Below, piece by piece: positions 24,798 through 36,810 of a DNA stretch of 64,000 bases. Under the pieces are notes generated by a model, which was given only the letters and a program-made list of their open reading frames with translations, was not told where the DNA came from and searched no databases. The first letter of the stretch is position 1. Each line of letters starts with the position of its first letter. This DNA is from Rebecca billardiae RCC1528 (Eukaryota > Protista > Haptophyta): assembly GCA_965240325.2 (NCBI GenBank), contig OZ251241.1:248001-312000 (forward strand). Reading direction: 5' to 3'. Both the position numbers and the translations under genes were made by a program.

Positions 24798-27700
24798 TCA
24801 TGGAAGGAAGCGCGCGGGCAGCTCCGAGCCGCCGCCGAGCGCCGAGGGGAAGCCCGCGCCCAGCGCACCCGCGGCGTCGTGCACGAGCTCGCACGCGCGC
24901 GCGACGCCGTCGCCGGGGCTCGGCTCGGAGTGCGCGAGCTCGGTGAGCGCGCGCGCCCACTCGGGCCGCGCGCGCGCCCAGCGCTCGTGCGCGTACGCGG
25001 GCTTGATGCAGCGCTCGAGCTGCAGCAAGGAGGCCGCGCAGAGGGCCAGCGCGCACCCGCCGCCGCCGCTCGAAGCCGCCTCGGCGCGCTCGTCGAGCGC
25101 GTCCTCGAGCGCGGTCACCCAGCGCTTCTGCGCCAGCTGCCACGACACCTTGGCCGCCTTCCAGGGCAGGGCCTCGTCCAGCGCGAGCACACAGCCCAGC
25201 GCGGCGCACACGGCGGAGGGGCGGCCGCGCGCGGCGGCGGCGGGCTTGGGCGCGGCCGCCGCGCGCGCGCCCGAGGCCGGCGGGGCGACGGCGGGCGAGA
25301 GCGAGCGCATCGCCCGGCCGGCGCTCGGCGGCGACTTTGGCGTCGAGGCGGGCGGCGCGGCGCGCTTGCTCGGCGGCGTGGGCGTCTTCTCCTCCGAGCG
25401 CGCGCGCTTCGCCTTGGGCGGCGACGCGGGCTTGGGCGCGCGCGCGCGTTTGCTCGCGCGCGCCGCGCGCGAGGCCGCGGGCGCGCTGCGCGGCTTGCGC
25501 GCGGGCTCGAAGTCGGAGGCGCTGCCTCCCTCGTCCTCGCTGCTCGCCTCCGCGCTCGACTCGGAGCCCGCCTCCTCCTCCTCCTCGGACGACTCGTCCT
25601 CCGACTCCGACTCCGACTCGGACTCATCGTCGTCGGAGGAGGAGGCGGCGGCGGCGCGTGCCTTGCGCCGCAGCGGCGGCTTGGCGCCGCCGCCGCCCTT
25701 GGGCGCCGCCACCGCCGGCGCCGCGCCGCCGTGCTCCGCGTTGGCGCCGAGCCGACGGATCTTGCTCGTGTCGCCGCGGCCGAGCGCGCCCCACTCCTCG
25801 ATCGAGCGCGGGTTGACGCGCTCCTTGACCGCGCGCGCCACCGCCCGCTCGCGCAGCTCGTACAGGGAGGTGCCGCCTTGCTCGGCACACCGCCACACCT
25901 CCATCTGGCCCTTGGGCGCGCGCACGCCGTGCGCGTTGCACAGCTGCTGCCCGAGCGTCTGGATCGAGCCGCACGACCTGCCGCGGCGCGCGGCCGACCA
26001 GCGCGCGCGCGCGCGCGAGGCGGGGAGACGGAGGGACGCGGCGCGGCGCGGTGAGCGGCAGCGCCGCACGGCGCGGCGCGCACGGCGCGCGCGGCGCGCG
26101 CGGGCGACACGCGGCGCGCGCGGGCGGCACGCGCGCGCGCGCGCACTCGGCTGGCGGCGCCACGCCCTTGGGCCGGGGTCCGCGCAGCGCGGCGCTGAAG
26201 GACGCGCTGTGCGTGTGGTCCCGAGCGTACACGCCCGGCTCCCACGCCACGCCCAGCTCGTACAGCGTCGTCTCCTTGGCCTGCTTGGGCGTGAGCGCGG
26301 ACGGGCGCGCCAGGCCGCGGGGTCCGACTGCGAGCGCGAGGCAGCCCTTGCCCAGGCGCAGCAGCGGGGGCGCGCTGGCCAGGCAGAAGGCGAAGAGCCC
26401 CTCGGGCTTGACCATGCCCGAGACGCCGCCCTTGGACCACGCCTGCTCCTTCTTCACCTCGCCGCTCTCCACGCGCGCCTTGAACTCCTTGGACTTCTGC
26501 CGCGCCTGCTCGCGCAGCGCGCCCAGGCTGCTCTGGGCCGCCTTGGCGCGCGCGCGCCCGCCCTCGTCCGCGTACTCGTCGATCGCCGCGCCGCGCTCGC
26601 GGCCCAGCGCGGCGCGGAACGCGGCGCGCTGCGCGCCCGTGCCCACGAAGCGGTGCGAGAAGGTGACGCGCAGCTTGTCCGGCACCGAGCGGCCACTCGC
26701 CTTGATGCGCGCGGACGTGCCGCCCACCGCCTCAAGTGTCTGGAACGTGAGGTTGCGCGCGGTCGGCGCCCAGAGGGCGGAGCCCTGGCGGTGCTCGCCC
26801 ACGCGCGGGTGCGCGGTGGTGCTCATGAAGAGCCAGCCGTGCGCGAGGTACTGCCCGGCCACCGCGTCCACCATGCGCACGCCCGCGCCCAGCCCCTGAT
26901 AGTCCGGGAGCAGCACAGTCCGGTGCTCGCGCCACGCCTTCACGCCGCACTTGTACGTGCCGGGGAAGGAGATGGCGCACACGCAGCCCACCGGCCGCGC
27001 GCCCCACGTGACCAGCCACAGGTGCGCGCCCTTCTGGCAGTCGTGGCTCAGGTAGTGGTGCTCGGCGAACAGCCCCCACAGCGCGCCCTTCTCGGCGCCG
27101 CGCGGCGACGCGACCAGCTCGACGGCCGGCGGCTCAAAGCTGAGCGCGGCGCGCGCGGCCGCGCCCTCGTCGGCGTGCAGCGCCGCGAGCGCGCCGTCCG
27201 CGAGGCGCTGCTCAGGCGCGAGCACCGCCAGCTGCCGCGTCAGCGTCGAGAACACCAGCTGCGGCTGCAGCGCCGCCACGAAGTCCTCGTGGCACGACGC
27301 GAGCACGAGGCCGCGCAGCCCGCGCGCGCGCGCGTACACGCCCACCGCGTGCGCGACACGCAGCGCGAGCGTGCGGTCGACGGCGGAGGTGAACTCGTCG
27401 ACCACGCCGCCGTCGCGCAGCTCGCGCGCCAGCGCCGCCTGGAACTGCTCGCCCGCCGAGAGCTGCGCGTACGCCAGCCCCCAGCAGCCCTCGGGCAGCA
27501 GCACGGCTGCGAGCGCGCGCGCGCCGCACGGAGCGCGCGCGCGACGCGCGGCGTGAGCCGGCATCCGCGGGGCGCGCGCGCGCGTGGCGCGCGCGCGCGG
27601 CGGCGGCGGCGGCGCGCACCTCGGAGCCGCTCGGCCGCCTGCTCCGCGCTCTCAAAGTGCTCGCGCACGGCCACGCCCTCGGCCCACGCGCCGGGCGCCG

Positions 27701-28997
27701 CGCCCGCGCCCGCCACTGGCGGCGCGCCCGCGACAGAGGCGGCCGCCGCGTCGGCCGCGCCTTCCCCGCGCCGCGCGAGCAGCGCGCGCAGCACGGTCGT
27801 CTTGCCCGAGCCGGACGGGCCGACAATCACCGCTGCGCGCACGAGCGCGCGAGAGCGCGCGCGCAGCCGGCAGAGAGGGCGGCAGAGAGGGCGGCGCGCG
27901 GGCGGGCGTGAGGGAGCAGCGCGCGCGGCGGCGCGCGCGGCGGCGCGCGCGGCGGCGGCGGCAGCCAGTCGAGCGCACGCGCGCGCACCGATGGGCGGGT
28001 TGGCGTCAAAGTGCTTGGCGGGCAGCGTCGGCGGCGTGAAGCTCGTCGCGCCGTCGAACTCGAAGTCGAAGGCCTCGGAGGCGCGCTCGGTCGCCTCGTC
28101 CATCGCCACGCGCGCCTTGAGCGCGCACCCCGCGCCGCCCGCCGCGGGCTCGGCATCGTGCACGGCCGAGACGCGCAGCGCGTTGGAGGAGAGGAGCGGC
28201 CAGCGCGCGCTCGCCGCGCTCGCCGCCGCCGCCGCGCCGGCCGCCGCCGCCTTCGCCTTGCCGTCCTTCCCCTTCGGCGCCGGCTGCGCGCCGCCCTGCA
28301 GCAGCCGGTGCTCGCCCTCCTCGCCCTCCGCGCGCGCCTCCCACGCGCTCTCGCACGCGACGCTGATCACGGGGCGGCGCGCAGCCGGGTCGGTGGGGTT
28401 GACGTGCAGCCGCAGCTCGGGGAGCACGAGCACGTGGTCCGGGCCGAGCCACGGCACGATGTCCGCGCACGGCGAGCACACGACCACGCGGCGCAGCCCC
28501 AGCTGGCGCACGAACCGACCGGTGGCGGCCGCCATCGCCTTGGCGGCCTCGCGGTTGACCCACGCGGTGAAGTCGTCGATCACGGCGTCTGTGCGCAGCT
28601 GCCGCGCCAGGAGCGCGCGCGCCTGCTCGCCGTTCGAGAGGCAGTGGAACGGGCGGTGCCACGCCGGGATCGAGCCGAGCCCGACCGCCGTCAGCCGGCG
28701 CTGCGCCTCCTCCGCATCGCCGAACTGCGAGACGATCGCCTTGCCCGCGTCCCACTCGACGCGCTCGGGCTCGCCAAAGTGCGCGCGCGCGAACCGCGTC
28801 TTGCCCGAGCCCGTGCCACCGAGCACGAGCAGCACGCCAAAGTCGGCGCCGCGCGCGAGCTCGGCCGGCAGCGGCGGCACGCCGCCCCCCGCGCCCGCGA
28901 GGGGCTTGCCGCCGCGCGAGGCGGGGGAGGGCGCGGTGCGCGGTGCGCGGGCGGTGGAGGCAGGCGTCGGCGCGCGCGGCGACGTCGAGCGCCCCAT
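24798..28997 (-). CDS. Tandem ABC-ATPase + GNAT acetyltransferase fusion with C-terminal RAMA-like and WHIM/WSD-like regions; introns 27833-27988, 27507-27619, 25978-26146 (about 1,253 aa)
   Basis: ABC1: GGTGSGKT/LSNGE/VIDDF. ABC2: GPSGSGKT/LSAGE/VVDEFTSAVDR/LASCHED. GNAT: FAEHHYL...RTVLLPDYQGLGAG...TTAHP. All three introns are GT-AG and the spliced length is a multiple of 3. Confidence 0.8.
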
Positions 28998-29615
28998 CGA
29001 GTTTCTCGGGCTGCGGGCGGGCGAGGCGAACTCGGCAGCGGGGCGGTCGGCCCGTCGTCGCGCGAGCAATCGTTGTTCGGTGTTGGCTTGTTGAGAGCGT
29101 GTTCCTTCCCGGCAGGGCCGCCCACCGGTCGACGCGCAGGCCGCACGCAGCGCTTCGGCTCCTTTGAATGAGCGAGTGGAGTGTCCGGTGACAAAGCACT
29201 CGTGTGTTGAGGTCGGTGAGGATGACCGTTTGGTTGTGAGAAACGTGGACACGTCGTGGTGGGCCGCGCTTTATAATTTGATGATGATGCTGGTCATGCT
29301 GGCCTTTTTCGAATTCGGATCACGCATGCGCCGATGCGCGGACGGTACACGGAATGATGATGGACGATTACACTGACTGTCAATCAATGCCGTTACTATG
29401 CCGATGACTCTGATGATGACTACGAGTGATGATGCTGCGACATTGATGATATGGATGCTGCCCCTACGAGCACTACTACACTCGTCCGGCGGCGCGCGCG
29501 GCAGTTACTGTCAGCGGGGACTTGGCACGCAGGAGGCCGGGCGCGGGCGCGCAGTGAGTGACTCGGCACAGCGCACGGCGGCCACCGTCCGGACGCCCGC
29601 GCGACGACGGCGCGC

Positions 29616-31694
29616 TCAGGTGATCACCGTGGGCCGGTCGCGCCCGGTGAAGTGCTCGATCTGCGCGAGCTCAGCCGCGGCGGCGAGCACGTCGGCGAGC
29701 GCGTCCTGCGCGTCGCGGTGCAGCGCGTCCGGCCCCGCCTCTGCGTGCTCGTACCGCTCGGCGTACAGCCGCACCGTGGCGCCGACCGAGCCGGTGCCCG
29801 AGAGGCGGAAGACAGCGCGCGCGCCGCCCTCGAACTTGCACACCAGCCCCTGGTTGGCCGAGGTGGTGCCGTCGACCGGGTCCGTGTACGCGAACGACTC
29901 GACCGCGCTCAGGGCCACGCGCCCACCCGCGAGGCTGGCGGGCGGCTGCTCGTCGCCCGCGGCCATCGCGCCGAGCCGCGCCATCATGCGCTTGGCCGCG
30001 TCCGCGTCCACCTCCTCGTAGTCGTGCCGCGAGTAGTAGTTCCGGCCGTACGTGGCCCAGTGCGCGCGCAGCACGTCGCCCACGCCCACGAGCTGCCCCT
30101 CCGGCGTGGCGCCGTTGTGGTGCGCGAGGATGGAGAGCCAGCACAGCACCGCCCACACGCCGTCCTTCTCGCGCACGTGCGACGAGCCGAGCCCGAACGA
30201 CTCCTCGCCGCAGATGAGCGGGTCGTACGCCGTGCCGCCGAGCTCGCGCGAGTCCATCAGGTTGCCGAAGAACTTCCAGCCCGACGGCGTCTCGAAGCAC
30301 GGGATGCCCAGCTGCGCCGCCACGCGGTCGACTGCGCCGCCGGTGGGCATCGAGCGCGCGACCGCGCGCAGCCCGCCCGCCGACGCAAACTGCGGGAGCA
30401 CGTGCGCGTGCGCCGCGACGATCGCGATCGAGTCGGACGGCGTGACGAACGTGCCGCGCCCGAGGATCATGTTGCGGTCGCCGTCGCCGTCGGTCGCCGC
30501 GCCAAAGTCGGGCGTGCGCAGCCCGTCGAGGCCGGGCAGCGGCGCCCCCGTCGTCGAGAGGCCGAGCAGCTTGACGAGCGCGGCCGCGTACGTCAGGTTG
30601 GGGTCCGGGTGTGCGCCGCCAAAGTCGGGGCGCGGGTCGCAGCGGAGCAGGCACTCGTCGGGCACGCCGAGCAGCTCGCCGAGCACGCGCTTCATGTACG
30701 GGCCAGCTGCGGCGGGCAGGAGAGGCGCGCGACGCGGGGCGGGCGCCGCGGGCAGCGCTCAGCAGCCGCGCGCTGCCGCCACAGCGCGCGCGCTCTGAGG
30801 GCGCGCGCGCGGCGGCGCGCGAAAAGACGCACCGGCGCCGTGCATCGCGTCGATGCGCAGGTCAAAGTCAGAGCGCGCGAGCAGCTTGCGCAGCGCGTCA
30901 AAGTCGAAGCACTTGCGCAGCACCTCGACGTACGTCTCCGCGCTGTCGACGACCTCGACCTCGAACGCGCCGCCCGACTGCAGCGCAAAGCGGTGCACGC
31001 CCGGCGCGGAGAGGTCGATGGGCGGGAGGTCGGCCTCGCGGTACGCGTCGATCGTCTTGGTGCGCGCGTACACCTCGTCCGTCACCGCCTCCGTCGCGGG
31101 CCCGCCGCTCGCCATGTTGAACTTGATGCCAAAGTCGTTGTCCGGGCCGCCCGGGTTGTGCGAGGCCGTGAGCACGATGCCGCAGTACGCGCACCCGCCC
31201 TCGCGCTCGCGCAGGAGGGCGGAGACGGCGGGCGTGGCGATCAGGCCGTTCACGCCCACCCATACGCGCGCAACGCCGTTCGCCGCGGCGAGGCGCATGA
31301 TCGCCTGCGCCGCCTCAGGCCCGTAGTAGCGGCCGTCGCCGCCGACCACGATCGTCGAGCCGCGCAGCTCGTCCGCAGGGAGCACGTCGAAGAAGGACTG
31401 GACGAGGTTGGCGACGTAGTGCGGCTGCATGAAGACCGACGTGCGCTTGCGCACGCCCGACGTGCCCGGCTTCTGCCCCTCGATCGGCGACGTCGGCACG
31501 GTGCGCTCGGCGACGGTGTCGGCCGCCGCCGCCGCCATCGACGCGCCGCCGCGCAGCGCGCGCGGGAGCGGGCCGAGCGGGCGGCGCGCGCCGAGCGCGA
31601 CGGAGACAACCGAGCTCGTGGGCAGCGCGCGCACGGCGGCGCTCGCCGCCGCCGCCGTCGTCGCCGCGAGCAGGAGGCGCACGGCCGCGCGCAT
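29616..31694 (-). CDS. PGM: Phosphoglucomutase with N-terminal signal/transit extension; intron 30707-30832
   Basis: GQKPGTSG, TASHNPGG (phospho-Ser), DGDGDRN (metal loop), CGEESFG, C-terminal PTVIT*. Confidence 0.95.
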
Positions 31695-31985
31695 CGCGCC
31701 GCGCTTGCTGCTTGCCGCCGCTGATGACGCGTGTGGACTGATGACGCGCGTCCGAGCAACAAGGGCACAAGGCTGCCGGGCAGAAATCAAATTGCCGATT
31801 TGGCGGGGACGAAATCCCTCCAATCCGACGAAGCACGGGCTGTGCATTTTTTTTCTGCTCGGACTTGGTCACTTGGACCAGCAAAAGGCGCCAAGTCCAC
31901 TTTCTCCCAGCAGCGCGGCCGCCGCGCTCTGCTCGGTGGACGGCGTCTCCGGCCGCGCGCTTGCGTGGCGCGGCGGCAGCGGCGG

Positions 31986-34138
31986 ATGAACCACCTGCCG
32001 CGCGTGCCCACCGGCGTGCGGCAGAGCTCGGCATCGCGCGACACCACCGAGCTGCTGCTGGCCACGGACAATGAGCCGGGCGCCGAGCGCGACGCGATGG
32101 GCGGCGGCGGCGGCGGCGCGTCCAACGGCGCGCCCCACGGCGGCGGCGGCGCCGACGGGCGCGAGCCGCCGGCGGAGCACTTTGCGCTCGAGGCGGAGGT
32201 GAATCGGGAGCAGTGGGAGGTGATGGCGGACCTCGACCTCTTCTTCACGCGCGTATACGGCTACTACCGCGAGCGCGGGCTGCGGTGCATCCTGCTGTCG
32301 CGCACGATGTCGCTGCTCATGCTGCTCTTCACGCTGCTCGCGTCGTACGCGGTGGCCGAGCTGGTGAACTGGCACGACCTGCTGTACGAGTGCAACGACG
32401 AGACGAGCTGCCTGCAGGCGCGCGCCGCGCCGCGCCGCGCCGCCGCGCGGCCGCGGCCGCGCGCGCGCGCGCGCGACTCGGCCGCGCGCCCAGCTGATCG
32501 CAGCGCGGCCGCCGCCTCGCCCCGCGCGCAGGTGACGCTGCTGCGGCCGGAGCGCTCGGGCCCGTCCTTCTTCATGAGCGTGTACGTCCTCCTCTTCTCG
32601 GTGTACCTCGTGTGGCAGCTCACGCACCTCGTCACCGAGGCGCGCTGCCTGCTCGAGATCCGCGCCTTCTACGAGCACAAGCTCGGCCTGGACGACGAGG
32701 CGCTGCAGGCGGTGGGCTGGGACGAGGTGGTGCGCAGGCTGGTGCGGCACCAGGCGAACTCGAAGTTCTGCATCGTCAAGGCGGCGCTCGACCCGCTCGA
32801 CGTCGCGATGCGCGTGATGCGCAAGGAGAACTGGCTGGTGGCTCTGCTCGACGCGCGGCTGCTGCCGCTGCAGCTGCAGCTGCCGCTGCTCGGCAGCCGC
32901 ACGCTGCTCACGAAGACGCTCGAGTGGAACCTGTACACCGTGCTCGTGCGCGCGCGCGCGCGCGCGCGCGCAGGGCGCGCGCCGCGAGGAGCACGCGCAG
33001 GCGCGCGCCGTCGCGCGCGCGCGCTCATCCCCGCCCGCGCCGCGCCGCGCGCCGCGCCCGCGCCGCGCCCGCGCCGCGCCCGCGCCGCGCCCGCGCGCAG
33101 CTGGACGGCATGTACGACCAGCGCTTCCGCGTGCGGCGCGCGTTCGTGACGGACGTGGGCGCGCTGCAGCGGCGGTTCGTGATCGCGGGCGCGCTCAACT
33201 TCGCGCTGCTCCCCTTCATCGCGCTCTTCATGGCCGTGTTCTTCTTCCTCAAGCACGCGGAGGAGTTCCACCGCCACCCGGGCTCGATCGGCGCGCGCTC
33301 CTACTCCCCGCACGCGCTCTGGCTGTTCCGCGAGTACAACGAGCTGCCGCACGTGTTCGAGGCGCGGATCGACGCGTCGTACGCCCACGCGCAGAAGTAC
33401 GTCGACGCGTTCCCCGCGCGCGAGACGGCGATCGTCGCGCGGCTGTTCACGTTTGTGTTTGGCGCGTTTGCGGCCGCGGCGCTGCTGCTCTCCGTGCTCA
33501 ACCAGGACGTGCTGATCCACTACCGCTGGCCGAGGCACGAGGGCGGGCCGAACCTGCTGTGGTACCTCGCGCTCTTCTCGACCGCGCTCGCCGTCTCGCG
33601 CTCGTACGGCGCCGAGCCCCCCGCCGGCTCCGCCGAGCACCTGCTGCGCCGCGCGGCGACGTGCACGCACTACCTGCCGCCCGCGTGGCACGGGCGCGCA
33701 CACCTGCGCTCGGTGTACGCCGCCTTCTGCGCGCTCTTCGAGTACAAGCTGCTGCTCTTCCTCGCGGAGGTGGCGTCGTGCGTGTTCACGCCGTACACGC
33801 TCGCGTTCGCGCTGCCGCGCGCCGCGCCCGCCATCGTCGACTTCGTCGCGCGGCACACGGTGCACGTCGAGGGCATTGGCGACGTGTGCGCGCACGCGAC
33901 GCTCACGCCGCAGCCCGCACCCGGCGCGGCGCACGCCGACGGCGGCGGCGGCGGCGCGCGCGCTGAGGGCGTGGGCAAGGTGGAGGCGTCGCTGCTCTCG
34001 TTCGCGGCGCACCACCCCACGTGGCACTCGCACTCGGCGGACGCGCTGCTCGCGCAGCTCGGCGCGCCCGCGCTGCAAGCGCAGCCGCCGGGCGCGGCGG
34101 CGCCGCCGCCGCTGCCGAGCGCCGCCGCCGCCGCGCAC

Positions 34139-34178
<40 letters not shown>

Positions 34179-35002
34179 GCGCCGCGCCCGTGTCCTCGGG
34201 CAGCTGCGCCATCTCCGCGTCCAACCTCGTGCTCGCGCAGCTCGAGGGGCACGCCGCGCACGCCGCGGCCGCGTGCGGCGGCTCGCGGCTGCTGCGCGGC
34301 TCCCTGAGCGCCGAGCCGTCACACAGCTCGTCTGTGCTCGCGCCCGGCTGCGCCGGAGGCTGGCTCGGCGGCGCGGCGGCGCCGCTCGCGTTCCCCACGC
34401 CGCCCGGCGCCGTGTGCGCCACGCGCGCGGGCTGTACGCCGTGCGCGCCGTGCGGCAGCGCCGGCCTGCGCACGTCGACGCAGCAGCTGCGCGCCGTGCG
34501 CGAGGCGGACGGCTGCGCGGACGAAGAGCCCGCCTCGCCCGCGCACCACCCGCAGCGTGACGCGCCGCCCGCCGCGCCGCACCCGGCCGAGGGCGTCGAG
34601 GGCGCGGCGCCGGCGCTGGCGGCGCCCGGCGCGAGCGTGCCCTCGCCGCTCGGCGCTGAGCTGGCGGCCTCGGCGGCCGCGGCCGCCGAGGGCACGCTGC
34701 CGCCCGCGCGCGCCGCGGCGGCCAGCGCGGCGGGCGCGCCGCCGCTGCCGCCCGCGCCGCTGCACTCGTCGATCGGTGATCTCGCCGCGCTTGCGGGCGC
34801 GGCTTCGGCTGTGGGTGGCGGCCTCGTCGCGCCGCTCCCCGGGCTGCCCGCCGAGGCGTCGGTCGAGCTCTCCGAGCTGGCCGCGCTCACGGGCGAGCTG
34901 GGCGAGGCCGGGCTGGCGGCCGGCGCCGCCTCGCGCCGCGGGCTGCTGATGACGCAGGTGTTGTTCGCGCACCTCGACCAGCAGCAGGCGGCGTCGCGCT
35001 AG
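31986..35002 (+). CDS. ATG9: Autophagy-related protein 9; introns 32418-32531 (GC-AG) and 32946-33100
   Basis: DLDLFFTRVYGYY.ERGL.CI, MRKENWLVAL, FREYNELPHVFEARI, TVHVEGIGDVC. Confidence 0.92.
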
Positions 35003-35257
35003 GCCTGTAACTGCCTGTAGGGGTATGCATGGGGCGGGGCACGGGGCGGCGCGGCGGGGCGGGCGCCCGGCGAGCAGAATAAGTCCGTATCCTATACGGC
35101 GACCACAGTAAAGAAATCGCGATTTTAGCCGTATACTACGTATGAACGAATCGTCTCGAGCGCGCAGTGTCAGTCACTTCAGACTTTTCTTCTCGTCAGG
35201 CCTGTCTCAGGCCCTCAGCAGTGGCCTCAGTCACTCACAGTCTCACTCTCACTAGTC

Positions 35258-36610
35258 TCAGGGGCGAGAGTGCCGGCCCGTTGCGGTGCCCGGTCGTGCG
35301 TGCGAGTCCGCGGACGCGCCGACGCCGCTCGCCCCCTGTGGGCTGTGCGCGGGCCCGGGGCGGCGCGAAATCCGGGCGCATTTGAGCTTGCACGCCGAGC
35401 ACGAGTCGAGCAGCCAGCGCTGCGCACACAGCACCTGCAGATAGAGCGCGCTGTCGCGCCGGTACAGGCAGGCCGCGCGCGCGCTCGTGACGAGGTCGGA
35501 CGCGTGGAAGCGCGACGCCGGCGGGATGCCGTGCACCGGGCGGCAGTGCGCGGCGCCGCTGCGGTCCTCGGCGAAGCCCCTCGGCCCGGCGCCGCACATC
35601 AGCGCGGCGGGCACGTCGACGATGCTGAACCCGTTGTGCCCCAGCCGGCCCAGCCGCTTGGATGCCGCGCGCGCCGCGCCCGCACCAGGCGGCGCGCCCG
35701 CCGCGAGCCGACGCTTGGCCCCGGCGCCGGGGCGCGGCAGGACGCGCTGCGAGGATCGGCGCACGGCCGAGCGCGCCGGCGCGACGAGCCCGATGCTCTT
35801 CGCCGCCGCGCCCGCCGCGCTCACCAGCGCCTCGACCGACTGCGTGTCGAGCTCGCCCGTGAGCGCCGCGCGCACGCTCTCCTGGTATGCGTGCAGGGGA
35901 ACGAACTTGAGCGTCGGGCTCGCGCTCTTGCGCGCCTTGAGGAGGCACTGCTCGATGGTGGGCGTGGTCTGCGGCAGCACGTAGTCGAGTAGGCCGCCCG
36001 CCTTCGCGCCCCGCGCCCGCTTCGCGCCGCCGCCGCCGCCGCCCTGGCGCGCGCGCGCAGTCGCCGCGAGCGCGCTCACAAACGTGCGATACGAGAAGAG
36101 GCCGCGCCGCAGGCTGGTCTCGTTGCCCACCGTGGCGGCGAGCTCGGGCCACTCGGCGGGCGAGGGGCCGACCCGCGCCGTGCGCAGGAACGCGTCGAGG
36201 ATGCGCGCGTCCGGCTCTCGCACGAGCATGAGGCACTGCCAGCCAGGCTGGTTGCACAGCTCGTCACACACGGGCAGGTCGCTCGCTGAGATCGAGTGGT
36301 CGTCCTCGCGCTCGAACACCTTGGTGCGGTACGCCTGCAGCCGATCGTCCGCGTTGAGCGCCACGCCGTGCGACGCGCCCCACACCATCGACGTGTTGTA
36401 CCGGCCCCCGAGGCGCAGCAACGTCGCGGTCGCAGCGGCGGCCGCCGCGCCGGGCGCGCCGATCAGCGCCACCTTGTTGAGCCGGTCGATCACGGCGACC
36501 TCGGCGTTCGCCGTGCCCTCGAGGAGCTCGTGTGCGGGGCACGTGCGCGCGGGCGTGCGCGGTGAGGCCCCGGCCAGCGCGACGGCCAGCGCACACGCGG
36601 TCGAGAGCAT
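35258..36610 (-). CDS. Secreted carbohydrate-sulfotransferase-like (Sulfotransfer_2) protein, divergent
   Basis: Signal peptide MLSTACALAVALAG. VREPDARILDAF resembles the 3'-PB motif; also DYVLPQ and LYRRDSALY. The 5'-PSB lysine is absent. Confidence 0.55.
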   Translation of the reverse strand: MLSTACALAVALAGASPRTPARTCPAHELLEGTANAEVAVIDRLNKVALIGAPGAAAAAATATLLRLGGRYNTSMVWGASHGVALNADDRLQAYRTKVFEREDDHSISASDLPVCDELCNQPGWQCLMLVREPDARILDAFLRTARVGPSPAEWPELAATVGNETSLRRGLFSYRTFVSALAATARARQGGGGGGAKRARGAKAGGLLDYVLPQTTPTIEQCLLKARKSASPTLKFVPLHAYQESVRAALTGELDTQSVEALVSAAGAAAKSIGLVAPARSAVRRSSQRVLPRPGAGAKRRLAAGAPPGAGAARAASKRLGRLGHNGFSIVDVPAALMCGAGPRGFAEDRSGAAHCRPVHGIPPASRFHASDLVTSARAACLYRRDSALYLQVLCAQRWLLDSCSACKLKCARISRRPGPAHSPQGASGVGASADSHARPGTATGRHSRP

Positions 36611-36810
36611 CTGGAAGCGCAGCGCACCAAGGTCCAAGGGCCGCCAAACGGGACCACGGTGCCCGCGCCCAGCTCGCATAGACGCATACAGCTTTTCTGC
36701 GCGGCGCGGCGCCGCCTCGTCGCCAATTATTCGGTTTTGTGCATGCGCTGGGAAATCTTGGTCGAGTGCGTGCGCAGGCCAGCCCACGCGACCGCGTCCG
36801 CGTCGTCAGC

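Noticed and set aside
24598-29094. 1,498-aa plus-strand ORF (and similar long antisense ORFs such as 49122-53462 and 47336-51049)
   Set aside because: Shadow ORFs caused by very high GC opposite genes with recognisable motifs
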